A stretch of 64,000 bases of DNA from Hyphomicrobiales bacterium (GCA_040219355.1 JAVJSN010000015.1:382708-446707); one strand, 5' to 3'; positions 50,536 through 60,245 are shown, numbered from the stretch's first letter. Notes: generated by a model from the sequence alone, not told the origin. A program made the numbers and translations.

Positions 50536-51187
50536 CGCTAGTGAACTAGAAGCCAAAAAAGATGCGCTGATCGCCACCGCCCGCCGCTGCTTCGACGTTG
50601 GTCTGCAAACCAATGCTGGGGGCAACCTTTCTGTGCGCTTAGCCTCGGCAGAAGCTATCGTTATCAAGCCGTCAGGCGTGGGATTTGCTGAATGCACGCG
50701 TGACAATCTACAGGTCGCCTATTTGGATGGAACCCTGGAACCATCAGCGTTCAAACCGTCCAAAGACTTAGATTTTCACGCCGATCTTTACCGTATTCGC
50801 CGCGACATCAATGCCATCGTGCATTGCCATAGCCCGTGGGCAACAGGCTATGCGTCGGCAGGAATCGAGATCCCATGCCTGACCGTTCAGACGATTGAAA
50901 AGATCGGTCGCATGCCCCTAATTCCGCTCTCTGCAAATGGTGGACCGCAGACCGATGTAGAAATTTCACCGGTGTTCCGTGACCCATCCATTCGTGCTGC
51001 CGTCCTTGCCAATCACGGAACCATCGGTGTTGGTAAAACGCTTATGGCGGCGCAGTATCTCGCTGAAATTATTGAGGAAACAGCTCATATCGCATTCGTG
51101 CGCGATGCCTTGATGGTTGCTCACGGGAAGACCATGGCGGACTTGCCTCGCTATGGTACCGCCAAGGATGCTGCTGCGGCGTCCTGA
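50516..51187 (+). CDS. Class II aldolase/adducin family protein (FucA/AraD-like)
   Basis: GGNLSVR, IKPSG, PSKDLDFH, HCHS, NHG. Confidence 0.9.
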   Translation: MSAQKPDASELEAKKDALIATARRCFDVGLQTNAGGNLSVRLASAEAIVIKPSGVGFAECTRDNLQVAYLDGTLEPSAFKPSKDLDFHADLYRIRRDINAIVHCHSPWATGYASAGIEIPCLTVQTIEKIGRMPLIPLSANGGPQTDVEISPVFRDPSIRAAVLANHGTIGVGKTLMAAQYLAEIIEETAHIAFVRDALMVAHGKTMADLPRYGTAKDAAAAS

Positions 51188-51293
51188 TCCAAGAGGTGCG
51201 ATACAGCACCGCGTCAATCCGATTTTTCTTCACCAGGTTCGCGCGATATGTAAGGGTTGCCTTAGGTAATCGCGTATCGTCCAGGACCGGTTG

Positions 51294-52052
51294 ATGAACC
51301 ATTCTTTGCCACAGGCGTCGTTTCGTACGCGCTGTGATCAGTGTTCCATTCATAACAGAGCCATATGCAGCCGTGCGTCATCTGCGGCGGCGCAAGAACT
51401 GCAGAATCTTAGCCGTATCCGCCGGTTTTCCGCCGGTCAGGTGATCATCGCGGAGCATACTGAGAGCCTGTTCATGGGCAATGTGGTTACGGGGATGGTC
51501 AAGCTGTGCAAAACGCTTGAAGACGGTCGGCAGCAAGTTGTCGGGCTTCTGTTCCCCTCTGATTTTTTTGGCCGCCCGTTTGAAGAACAGTCACCTTTTT
51601 CTTTTGAGGCGGCGACCGACGTTGAGATTTGCGTTTTCGAGCGCCAAGCCTTTGAGGCTCTGCTCGCACGCTTTCCGGAAGTCGAGCATGAGTTGCTGGT
51701 TCAGGTGTTGACCGAGCTAGACGCGGCGCGTGAGTGGATGGTGCTGCTTGGCTGTCAAACCGCCCGCGAGAAGGTGGCAAGTTTTCTGCTGATGCTGTTG
51801 CGCAGATCTGGTCTTATGGGCTGCGATAAAGCCGATACTCCCGAGGCGCGCATTGTTACAGTTCCTGTGAGCCGGAAGGATGTGGCGCTCTATCTCGGCA
51901 CGACACCAGAGACTGTTTCGCGGCAAATTCAGTGGATGTCGCGCAATGAAATTGTGCGCATTATCGACAGTCAAACCTTCGCGGTTCTTAGTCCACAAAG
52001 GTTGGCGCACGCCGCTTCGCGCGAAGAATGGCTGGATGAGCTTAGCGCTTAG
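51294..52052 (+). CDS. Crp/Fnr family regulator, FnrL/FnrN type with Fe-S cysteines
   Basis: N-terminal C-x2-C-x7-C (CDQCSIHNRAIC) plus the central EICVF Cys; GRQQVVGLLFPSDF; ELDAAREWMVLLG; recognition helix TPETVSR. Confidence 0.88.
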   Translation: MNHSLPQASFRTRCDQCSIHNRAICSRASSAAAQELQNLSRIRRFSAGQVIIAEHTESLFMGNVVTGMVKLCKTLEDGRQQVVGLLFPSDFFGRPFEEQSPFSFEAATDVEICVFERQAFEALLARFPEVEHELLVQVLTELDAAREWMVLLGCQTAREKVASFLLMLLRRSGLMGCDKADTPEARIVTVPVSRKDVALYLGTTPETVSRQIQWMSRNEIVRIIDSQTFAVLSPQRLAHAASREEWLDELSA

Positions 52053-52074
52053 CTGATCCAGCCTTCTGCCTTGG

Positions 52075-54459
52075 TTATCTGGCCGATTTTTCTGCCTCAG
52101 CGACATTCGCTTTGACCGCCAGAAAGCTGTCCGGCGTGACCGATATGCTGTCGATCTTCGCTTCGACCAAAAACTTGGCGAACGTTGGGTCGTTGCTCGG
52201 TGCCTGACCGCACAGGCCAACTTTGGCGCCGGACTTATGGGCGCGTTCAATCACAGTCTCGATCATCCATTTGACAGCTGGATTCTGTTCTTCAAAGACG
52301 CCGGACAGATGCTCGTTGTCGCGATCCACGCCAAGCGTTAGTTGGGTCAAATCGTTGGATCCAATAGAGAAACCTGAGAAGCGTTTGGCAAATTCTTCGG
52401 CCAGAATAACGTTGGATGGCACCTCGCACATCACATAGATATCAAGGCCGTTCCTACCGCTTTCCAGGCCGTTTTTCGCCATCACATCAAGCACCAGATC
52501 GGCTTCTTGTGGTGTGCGGCAGAATGGGATCATGACCAATACGTTGGTGAAACCAAGGTCATCACGTAGGTGGCGGATCGCCTGACATTCCAGGGCAAAA
52601 CCATCGCGATAGATGTCGGCATAATAGCGCGATGCGCCGCGCAGCCCGATCATCGGGTTTTCCTCGTCCGGCTCAAACGCGGAGCCGCCAAGCAGCTTGG
52701 CGTATTCGTTGGTTTTGAAGTCGCTCATCCGCACTATCGCCGGGTTGGGATGAGCAACAGCGGCGATGCGCGAAAGGCCTCGGGCCAGCGTTTCCACGAA
52801 ATAGTGCTTCTTGTCGTCGTAGCCGCGTGTCAGCGCCTCGATTTCTTGCTTGTCGTGGACATCATGCAGTTTGTCGAAATTGACCAAGGCCATCGGGTGC
52901 ACTTGCACGGCGGAATTCACCACAAACTCCATGCGGGCCAGGCCAACGCCGTCTGATGGCAAGCGCCACCAGCGGAACGCCGAGGCTGGGTTGGCCAAGT
53001 TCAGCATGATTTTCGTTTTGGTGTCGGGCACATGGTCGAGCTTGATGTCTTCGACGTCAAAATCGAGATAGCCCTGATATATATCGCCTTGCTCACCACC
53101 GGCGCATGAGACCGTCACTTTCTGCCGGTCATGCAAAACATGGGTGGCATCGCCCGTGCCGACGATGGCCGGGATGCCCAATTCGCGGCTAACGATGGCG
53201 GCGTGAGATGTGCGCCCGCCATGGTCGGTGATGATGGCTGCGGCCCGCTTCATAATGGGCACCCAGTCGGGATCGGTTGTTGAGGTGACCAGGACAGACC
53301 CATCAACAAACTGCTCAATGTCTTGGGCGCTTTCAATGATGCAGATCGGCCCTTGTGTGACCGCGTTGCCGACGCTCAAGCCGCTCAAGATCGGCTTATC
53401 CTTGGTGTTGAGCGTGAAGTTTTTCATCACGTGATGGTCGGCGCGCGATTGCACGGTTTCTGGCCGTGCCTGGACGATGTAGAGCTCGCCAGTCTCCCCA
53501 TCCTTGGCCCATTCCATATCCATCGGTTGGCCGTAATGCTTCTCGATGGTTGCGGCCTGACGCGCCAGGGCGACGATTTCTTCGTCGCTCAAGACAAAGC
53601 TCTGCTGCTCGCGTCTAGAGGTTGGAACATTGATCGTCTCGCCGCCTTCTTGGCCGGCATAGATCATCTTTTGCTCTTTTTCGCCCAGGCGCTTCTCAAC
53701 GATTGGGCTAAGGGATTTGTCATCAAGGAACGGCTTAAACACCTGATATTCATCTGGGTTTACGGCGCCTTGCACGACGTTCTCGCCAAGGCCCCATGCG
53801 GCGTTGATGAGAACGACTTTGTCGAAACCTGTTTCGGTGTCGATGGAGAACATCACGCCTGAGCCGCCAATGTCAGAGCGGACCATGAGTTGAACCCCGA
53901 CCGAGAGGGCGACCTTCTTATGGTCAAAACCTTTCATAGTGCGGTACATGATGGCGCGATCCGTGAAGAGCGAAGCGTAGCACCGACGACAGGTGGCAAG
54001 CAGCGCCTCGGCACCGCGAACATTCAAGAAAGTCTCCTGCTGGCCGGCAAAGCTGGCATCGGGCAAGTCTTCTGCGGTGGCGCTGGAGCGCACAGCAACG
54101 GACAGGTCGTCAGCGCCGGTGCGTTTCTTAAGTTCATCAAACTGAGCGACGATGTCATCGCGCAAATCCTGCGGCCAATCGCCGGCGACGAAAGCCTTGC
54201 GGATGTGCTTGCCAGCTTCCTGAAGCGTCATCTGTTTGCTGGCCAACTGTCGCAGTGTTTCGTCCAACACGCTATCCAGGCCATTGTGCTTGACGAAACC
54301 TCGGAAGGCGTCAGAAGTGGTGGCAAAACCAGGTGGCACCTTGATGCCCGCGCTCCCCAACTGCTGCACCATTTCGCCAAGTGAAGAGTTCTTGCCGCCG
54401 ACAAGGCTAACGTCGCCACGCGAGAGTGTGTCAAACCATATGATGTTTTGCGTGCTCAT
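52075..54459 (-). CDS. ppsA: Phosphoenolpyruvate synthase
   Basis: VGGKNSSLGEM, VRSSATAED, FAGQQET, QARPETV, GGRTSHAAI (phospho-His), RMSDFKTNEY, IGSNDLTQL, CGQAPS. Confidence 0.96.
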   Translation of the reverse strand: MSTQNIIWFDTLSRGDVSLVGGKNSSLGEMVQQLGSAGIKVPPGFATTSDAFRGFVKHNGLDSVLDETLRQLASKQMTLQEAGKHIRKAFVAGDWPQDLRDDIVAQFDELKKRTGADDLSVAVRSSATAEDLPDASFAGQQETFLNVRGAEALLATCRRCYASLFTDRAIMYRTMKGFDHKKVALSVGVQLMVRSDIGGSGVMFSIDTETGFDKVVLINAAWGLGENVVQGAVNPDEYQVFKPFLDDKSLSPIVEKRLGEKEQKMIYAGQEGGETINVPTSRREQQSFVLSDEEIVALARQAATIEKHYGQPMDMEWAKDGETGELYIVQARPETVQSRADHHVMKNFTLNTKDKPILSGLSVGNAVTQGPICIIESAQDIEQFVDGSVLVTSTTDPDWVPIMKRAAAIITDHGGRTSHAAIVSRELGIPAIVGTGDATHVLHDRQKVTVSCAGGEQGDIYQGYLDFDVEDIKLDHVPDTKTKIMLNLANPASAFRWWRLPSDGVGLARMEFVVNSAVQVHPMALVNFDKLHDVHDKQEIEALTRGYDDKKHYFVETLARGLSRIAAVAHPNPAIVRMSDFKTNEYAKLLGGSAFEPDEENPMIGLRGASRYYADIYRDGFALECQAIRHLRDDLGFTNVLVMIPFCRTPQEADLVLDVMAKNGLESGRNGLDIYVMCEVPSNVILAEEFAKRFSGFSIGSNDLTQLTLGVDRDNEHLSGVFEEQNPAVKWMIETVIERAHKSGAKVGLCGQAPSNDPTFAKFLVEAKIDSISVTPDSFLAVKANVAEAEKSAR

Positions 54460-54536
54460 GGTGTTTCCTCTTGGTCGCTGATTTCAGCAGTTGGAGCTTC
54501 AAGGGCATTTGTATGGGTCGGTCTGGCGCGACGGCT

Positions 54537-54950
54537 TCATCCCCACTGACTGGCAAGTGCGCGCAGGGCGTCTGTGCGGCTGAGCTGCCCGACAAGCTTG
54601 CCGCCATCCATTACGGGAAAGCGGCGAAAGGGTTTTTCAATGAATAGATTTGTCGCGCTGATGACATCCATGCTTGCTTCAATGGTCGCCACCGGATGGC
54701 TCATATAGGCCTCAACGCGCCCGCCCCAGTCGCGGTAATAGCTGGCATCCAGAGCGGCTTTCAGGCAGTCGCGCTTTGTTAAAACGCCAATGAGAAATCC
54801 TTCAGAGTCGAGCACTGGTGCGCCAGATATCCGCCGATCGAGCAGAATGTTCATCGCACGGTTGATTTCCATGTCCGGTGTCAGCGTCACCAGATCTTTG
54901 GACATGAAGTCGGCAACCAAGGGCAGGGAGTCCGTGGTTCTGGCGCTCAT
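54537..54950 (-). CDS. Stand-alone tandem CBS-domain protein
   Basis: VADFMS, ISGAPVLD, GVLTKRD, RRFPVMD.GKLVGQLSRTD. The start overlaps the nqrM stop (ATGA). Confidence 0.9.
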   Translation of the reverse strand: MSARTTDSLPLVADFMSKDLVTLTPDMEINRAMNILLDRRISGAPVLDSEGFLIGVLTKRDCLKAALDASYYRDWGGRVEAYMSHPVATIEASMDVISATNLFIEKPFRRFPVMDGGKLVGQLSRTDALRALASQWG

Positions 54951-55120
54951 GGCTCTCGCTCCAGCATTTTTTTGTTGGGGCAGGTGGCACACTCAATGTT
55001 TTTCAGGCAGGCCACACCGCCACATGATCCTTCAATCGGTTTGCGCCCAGCCATAACGCCGACTGCCAAACCTGCGATTGCTAGGGCAAAAATCGTCAAT
55101 GCGAACAGGAAGATCACCAT
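54947..55120 (-). CDS. nqrM: Na+-NQR maturation factor NqrM (DUF539), 57 aa, absent from the ORF track
   Basis: Hand-translated as MVIFLFALTIFALAIAGLAVGVMAGRKPIEGSCGGVACLKNIECATCPNKKMLEREP: one TM helix, GRKPIxGSCGG and 4 Cys. AGGAGG RBS; directly downstream of apbE. Confidence 0.9.
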   Translation of the reverse strand: MVIFLFALTIFALAIAGLAVGVMAGRKPIEGSCGGVACLKNIECATCPNKKMLEREP

Positions 55121-55126
55121 CGCCTC

Positions 55127-56101
55127 CTAGGCCACGACATGGTCGGAGAAGCTGCCGGTCATGGTTTCGTCCAATCCATTGTCGGTGCGTGTCAGGAAAA
55201 GAGCTGAGACGGCCAGCTCAGATGCACATTGAATGCCGCGTTGCGGTCCAAGGACCATGAGTGCGGTAGCCAGTGCATCGGCGCGTATGGCCGTCGGTGC
55301 GAGAACTGAAACCGCAGCAAGGCTATTGTCTGTTGGGCGTAGATCGCTGGGGTCGATAAGATGACTGAGCGCCACACGGCCGCGATAGCCGTTCGCGCTG
55401 TGACCGGAGCTTGCCAGTGCCAGGTGTCCTGGTGCGATGATGCGGTGAGCGGTTACCTGTGGTGTGCCCGGCTGTTCGATAGCGACCTGCCAAGGACGAC
55501 CCATAGGGTGCTCGCCGATGGCAGAGACTTCTCCGCCAAGCTCAATCAGCGCGCTTGTCACACCTGCGCGGTGTAGCAAGTCTGCAATCTCATCTAAGGC
55601 ATGCCCTTTGGCGATCCCACAGAGGTCAAGCGTTAGGTCATGATGGGCTTTGCGAACCGCTCCATTCTCAACAATGATTGCTTTGTAGGAGCCGGAACCA
55701 CCGTTAATCGGGCCAAACCCAAAGCGAGCAACGGCTGGCCCGACGGTTGGATCAAAGGCGCCGCTGGTGATCTCGGCAACAGCAAGGCTTTCGGCAACAA
55801 CGTGGCAGACATCGCTGGGTAGAGGTTGCCATGCGGTGGTAGCGTTGCGATTGAACCGCGAAATGTCGGAGTCGTTGCGCCAGGGGGACATTTGCTCATC
55901 GACCCGCTGGATGATCGCTTCGACAGGAGGTCGAAGCAGGCGTTCATCCAAGGTGGCCCCGCCTGCTATGCGCCATGTGCTTGCAAAAGCACGACCGCCG
56001 AAGGAGACGGTTGCTGCCTCAGCCTGTGAAGCAAAACCAAGCCCAAAAGCAGCGGTCCATGCCGCGCCGCCTGCCACAAAACTGCGCCGTGTCACGGGCA
56101 T
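55127..56101 (-). CDS. apbE: FAD:protein FMN transferase
   Basis: Twin-Arg signal (TRRSF), SDISRFN, GAFDPTVGP, LDLCGIAKGH, ELGGE, LASSG, HLIDP, ADALATAL. Confidence 0.93.
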   Translation of the reverse strand: MPVTRRSFVAGGAAWTAAFGLGFASQAEAATVSFGGRAFASTWRIAGGATLDERLLRPPVEAIIQRVDEQMSPWRNDSDISRFNRNATTAWQPLPSDVCHVVAESLAVAEITSGAFDPTVGPAVARFGFGPINGGSGSYKAIIVENGAVRKAHHDLTLDLCGIAKGHALDEIADLLHRAGVTSALIELGGEVSAIGEHPMGRPWQVAIEQPGTPQVTAHRIIAPGHLALASSGHSANGYRGRVALSHLIDPSDLRPTDNSLAAVSVLAPTAIRADALATALMVLGPQRGIQCASELAVSALFLTRTDNGLDETMTGSFSDHVVA

Positions 56102-56103
56102 CG

Positions 56104-57324
56104 CTACACTCCGAAATCGTCGTTGAAGATGTGGTCGCGATCGACACCCAGATCGTCCAGCATCTGAAAAACAGCGCGGATCATCAGCGGTGGACCACAG
56201 AGATAGTATTCGCAGTCTTCAGGCGCAGGGTGGTCGCGCAGGTAGGTCTCCAGCGCCACCTGATGAACGAAGCCAACGGCGCCTTGCCAATCATCTTCTG
56301 GCTGCGGATCGGAGAGCGCGACTGTCCAGTCGAAGGTGTCGTGCTCGGCTGCAAGTGCATCCAACTCATCGACGTAAAGCAATTCGGCCTTGCTACGTGC
56401 GCCATACCAGAAAGTCATGCGACGCCCGCTTTTCGTAATGCCCAGCTGCTCATGGATGAGGGCGCGTAGTGGCGCCATGCCGACCCCACCGCCGATGAAC
56501 ACCATTTCCTTGCCGGTCGGTTGCGCACGGAAGCTGCCGAAGGGACCGGATGTTGTGACCTCCTGGCCCGGCTTGAGAGCAAACAACCAAGACGACACGA
56601 TACCGGGTTGTACTTGCGGTTCGGAGGGCGGTGGCAGGGCAAGGCGAATGTTCAACACCACACGGCGGGCTGCTGTGTCTTCGGGTCGGTTGGAGATGGA
56701 GTAAGCGCGGGTAACGTCCTCTTCGCTTTGAACCGATAGGGATCGCAAAGAGCGCCATGCGTCCTTATGGCCGTCGGGCGTGTCAATTGTCGCGTAATCA
56801 AGCGTGTAAGGCGGTGCGGTGACCTGAACATAAGAGCCGGCAACAATGCTAGCATCGACATCATCAGGCAATTGCAGCACGATTTCGCGGATAAGCGGGG
56901 TAAGTGCGGTAACCGAATGTACCGTGCATGTGTAGCTGGTCGCGCCCACCCACTCTTGCGGGGCCTCGACAGCCATATCGTCGCGCAGGGTAACCTGGCA
57001 GGCCAGATGCACACCGTCTCGGCGATCAGCGTTGGAAAGCTGCGCAATTTCAACTGGTAGGTGAGATTGATCCTCGCCGACCACCGTGATCCGGCACAGT
57101 CCGCACGTGCCTGCGCCAGCGCAGGCCGAGGGCACCAGCACATCATGATCATGCAAAGCAGCGAGCAGTTTTTGCCCGGTTTTGACGTGGAACTCGGTTG
57201 AGCCATTGACCGTCAGGACTGCTGGCCCCGAGGGCATCAAAACGCCACGGGCGATCATCACCATGGCGGTCAAAACCAGAACGACGCAGACGATCAGCAC
57301 TGTGCCAAAGAGGATGACGCTCAT
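56104..57324 (-). CDS. nqrF: Na+-NQR subunit F (2Fe-2S, FAD, NADH-binding)
   Basis: N-terminal [14 protein letters not shown]...[32 protein letters not shown]. Confidence 0.93.
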   Translation of the reverse strand: MSVILFGTVLIVCVVLVLTAMVMIARGVLMPSGPAVLTVNGSTEFHVKTGQKLLAALHDHDVLVPSACAGAGTCGLCRITVVGEDQSHLPVEIAQLSNADRRDGVHLACQVTLRDDMAVEAPQEWVGATSYTCTVHSVTALTPLIREIVLQLPDDVDASIVAGSYVQVTAPPYTLDYATIDTPDGHKDAWRSLRSLSVQSEEDVTRAYSISNRPEDTAARRVVLNIRLALPPPSEPQVQPGIVSSWLFALKPGQEVTTSGPFGSFRAQPTGKEMVFIGGGVGMAPLRALIHEQLGITKSGRRMTFWYGARSKAELLYVDELDALAAEHDTFDWTVALSDPQPEDDWQGAVGFVHQVALETYLRDHPAPEDCEYYLCGPPLMIRAVFQMLDDLGVDRDHIFNDDFGV

Positions 57325-57920
57325 AGGCCCACCCCGGCAAATGCAGAAAAGCCGAGCGACATAAGGCCGGTAACAATGAAGGCGATCCCTAGGCCCTGAA
57401 GACCAGCGGGAATGTTGGCGTATTTCAAGCGCTCACGGATTGCAGCAAAGGCGATAATTGCTAGGGCCCAGCCGAAGCCGCTGCCAAACCCGTAGACGAT
57501 GGACTCGCCAAAATCGTACTGACGCTCGACCATAAACAGACTGCCGCCAAGGATCGCGCAGTTGACTGTGATCAGCGGCAGAAACACGCCAAGCGCGTTG
57601 TAAAGAACCGGCACATACCGATCCAGCGTCATCTCCAGCACCTGCACGAAGGCGGCAATAACGCCGATGAATGCGATCAATTTGAGATAGGTGAGGTCCA
57701 TCTCGGGCAGCCCGAGAAAGCCCCAAGCACCTTCGACCAGCAGGCCGTTGAAGATGAGATTGTTGAGAGGAACCGTCAGCGTTTGGACGGCAACGACCGC
57801 AATGCCCAGGCCAACGGCGGTTTCAAAGCGTTCTGAAACGGCCAGGAAGGTACAGACACCCAAAAAGAAGGAGAGCGCCAAGTTCTCTTGGAAGATCGCT
57901 GCGAGAAGAAGGTCGCTCAT
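57321..57920 (-). CDS. nqrE: Na+-NQR subunit E
   Basis: [40 protein letters not shown]. Confidence 0.93.
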   Translation of the reverse strand: MSDLLLAAIFQENLALSFFLGVCTFLAVSERFETAVGLGIAVVAVQTLTVPLNNLIFNGLLVEGAWGFLGLPEMDLTYLKLIAFIGVIAAFVQVLEMTLDRYVPVLYNALGVFLPLITVNCAILGGSLFMVERQYDFGESIVYGFGSGFGWALAIIAFAAIRERLKYANIPAGLQGLGIAFIVTGLMSLGFSAFAGVGL

Positions 57921-58582
57921 GAACGTCCCCCGGCAGATTTCAGCGAAGGGTGCAATTTGAACTTCGGCGCTTCGATCTGCGCGGTCCAGCGCGTGCGGAT
58001 GACCCAGATAAGCAGGCCAATGATGAAGAACGCGGCTGGTGCCAGCTGCATCAGGCCAAGCGGTTCAAACCATCCGCCATCGGCAACGGTGACGAAGACG
58101 GTCTGGCCAAATAGTGTGCCCGCTCCAAGAAGTTCACGGATGCCGCCCACAAGCATAAGAATGAGGCTGTAGCCGAGCCCATTGCCGAGCCCATCCAACA
58201 CCGATGGGCCTACTGGATTGCGCATCGCGAAGGCTTCCGCTCGGCCGAGCACGAGGCAATTGGTGACAATGAGGCCGACAAACACCGAGAGCTGTTGGCT
58301 GATCTCAAAGGCAAAGGCTTGCATCAGCTCGTCAATTACGATCACCAGCGATGCGATGATGGTGATCTGAATGATCAGTCTAATGCTGGTGGGAATGTGG
58401 TGACGTATCAGGCTGATGATCGCCGATGACATGCAAAGCACGGCGGTCAGCGCGACCGACATCATGGCGGCTGTTGTCAGCGAGGTTGTAACCGCCAAAG
58501 CCGAGCAGATGCCTAGGATTTGGAGTGTGACAGGGTTTTCCTTCACCAGCGGCGTGGTGAGATGGTGGGCCCAGCGCGCCAT
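57917..58582 (-). CDS. nqrD: Na+-NQR subunit D
   Basis: [53 protein letters not shown]. Confidence 0.93.
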   Translation of the reverse strand: MARWAHHLTTPLVKENPVTLQILGICSALAVTTSLTTAAMMSVALTAVLCMSSAIISLIRHHIPTSIRLIIQITIIASLVIVIDELMQAFAFEISQQLSVFVGLIVTNCLVLGRAEAFAMRNPVGPSVLDGLGNGLGYSLILMLVGGIRELLGAGTLFGQTVFVTVADGGWFEPLGLMQLAPAAFFIIGLLIWVIRTRWTAQIEAPKFKLHPSLKSAGGRS

Positions 58583-59374
58583 CTACAGTCCCTCCTCGGC
58601 AAGGCGATCAAGGAAGGGGCCAAAGCCATTTGGGCCCATCCAAAAGTGCAGGGCAAACGTGACACCATCGCCGGTGCGGGTGGCACCGGAAAGGCCGTCG
58701 ACTTCATGCACGCTCTGCGCCTGGCCACGAACGACCTCGATGACAATGTCGCCCTCCTCATTCAGAAGCTCTTTGCCTGGCCAGAGGCTTTGCCAGTCCG
58801 GTTCTGTGATACGAGCACCAAGCCCAGGCGTTTCTGCCTGTTCGGTGATGGTCAGCGCTGCGACCGTGGAAAGGTCTGGTTCCAGGGCCAACATAGCGCG
58901 GATGGTCGACGCGTAGCCGCTGCCATAAACTGGCAGAACAATGAGCAGCAGATCGCCATCGCGTTCCAGCAGGTGGACGGGTGCATAGAGCGGACGCCGT
59001 CGGATGCTCGCCAGATCATCGTCTGTAGGGATAGCAACCGATAGCTCTGGATCAGTCGCGGCGGCCACAAAATCGTATGTGGCCGGATCAATGTCTGGTG
59101 CGAATTGACCGGTTTGCAGATCAACAATGCGCGTTTCTAACGCTGTCACGCCGGCTTCTTCCATGACCTGACGCATGCCTGGAAGCGTGTCGAGCATGGA
59201 TTCCATGCGGGCGGCTTGCTCAGCGTCAATTTGGGCTTGCTGAATAGGGCCGAGCAAAACCGAGGCGGTGGAGACGAGGATCGCGCAGACAAAGGCCACC
59301 AGTGCCGCGATAGTGACTGTTTTGGTCGTGTCGTCGTTGGGCCGGGCAAACAGAGCGCTGACAGGATTAGGCAT
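58583..59374 (-). CDS. nqrC: Na+-NQR subunit C (covalent FMN)
   Basis: N-terminal TM (ALVAFVCAILVS), PVYGSG, ETPGLG, and the flavinylation motif DGLSGAT. Confidence 0.92.
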   Translation of the reverse strand: MPNPVSALFARPNDDTTKTVTIAALVAFVCAILVSTASVLLGPIQQAQIDAEQAARMESMLDTLPGMRQVMEEAGVTALETRIVDLQTGQFAPDIDPATYDFVAAATDPELSVAIPTDDDLASIRRRPLYAPVHLLERDGDLLLIVLPVYGSGYASTIRAMLALEPDLSTVAALTITEQAETPGLGARITEPDWQSLWPGKELLNEEGDIVIEVVRGQAQSVHEVDGLSGATRTGDGVTFALHFWMGPNGFGPFLDRLAEEGL

Positions 59375-60245
59375 CGTGCTTCTCCGCGTCGCGTTTCTCT
59401 CCAAAGCGTTTTTTCCAGTGTGCCTCTCTGCGGCTTTCCCGGACATAGGCGTTAGTGAGCACGGCAAGATGATCGAGCAGCGGGGCAAAGATGCTTGCCA
59501 AAAGCGCTGCAAAAACAAGGGCTTCAGCCTTTAAATCAGCCGTCGCGAAACCTGAGAAAACAGCGATAAGGAACCCTGCCAACGCGCCATAGGCCCAGCG
59601 ACCGGGATTGGTGCAGGCCGCGCCTAATGGGTCGGCAATGAGGAACACCAAGCCAACGGAAAGAGCGATGGCGAGTGTTTGCATTAATCCAAATTCGCCA
59701 AGTAGTGCCATCGCAGCTGCGGTTATTACCAGGGTTGCGACCAAGACACGCCAGGAGATCAAGCCGGCGAGCAGAAGCAGGATTGCACTAGGAATGGCGG
59801 CCAGCGCGACCGTTACGTCGACGGACTGCAAGGCTAGCTGAGGGAAGGAAAAGACCAAAAGAGCGAGCGTGGCAGCTGCCGGGTTCACAAATCCAAAGCC
59901 GCGTCCACCAAATACCAGTTCGCCCAAAACAACGCCCAGCGAGACCGCGACGGCCAATTGCCAAGTTTCAACGCCCAGTGGCACAAACAGCGTGATAAGC
60001 ATGGCCGTTGTAAGTCCGTGTAAGGACATATCGGCGTGGCGCAAAAAAGCGAAAAGGTTCTCCCAAGCCAGCGCAACCACAAGGCAGGTTAAGAACACCG
60101 GAACAAGCAGTGGCCCTCTGTTGGCAAAATCCATGGCCAGAGGAAATGCCAAAGCTGCGGCCTGTAGCAGGCTCACGCGTCCAGCGCTGAAGAGGAAAGG
60201 CAGCAGTGCCGCCGATTGAACGGTTGGGCGTTGAAAACTGGCCAT
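59367..60245 (-). CDS. nqrB: Short NqrB/RnfD-family subunit (292 aa) lacking the FMN-carrying loop
   Basis: WENLF, GELVFGGRGFGFVNP, SWR, ADP, T..GRWAYG, FAPLLDH, at the nqrB position between nqrA and nqrC. No SGAT motif. Confidence 0.82.
   Translation of the reverse strand: MASFQRPTVQSAALLPFLFSAGRVSLLQAAALAFPLAMDFANRGPLLVPVFLTCLVVALAWENLFAFLRHADMSLHGLTTAMLITLFVPLGVETWQLAVAVSLGVVLGELVFGGRGFGFVNPAAATLALLVFSFPQLALQSVDVTVALAAIPSAILLLLAGLISWRVLVATLVITAAAMALLGEFGLMQTLAIALSVGLVFLIADPLGAACTNPGRWAYGALAGFLIAVFSGFATADLKAEALVFAALLASIFAPLLDHLAVLTNAYVRESRREAHWKKRFGEKRDAEKHDA

Noticed and set aside
51242-51274. Imperfect inverted repeat upstream of fnr (CGCGAT..TAAGG-GTTG-CCTTA..ATCGCG)
   Set aside because: The stem is interrupted, there is no U-tract and no second copy, so no function can be assigned.
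54460-54536. Possible FNR box before ppsA (TTGGAGCTTCAA)
   Set aside because: The half-site spacing is wrong and the match is poor.
59367-60245. nqrB as a pseudogene or frameshift artefact
   Set aside because: The frame is continuous, both ends are coupled to neighbours, downstream TM motifs and acidic residues are conserved, and the other subunits and maturases are intact. It still needs ortholog comparison.
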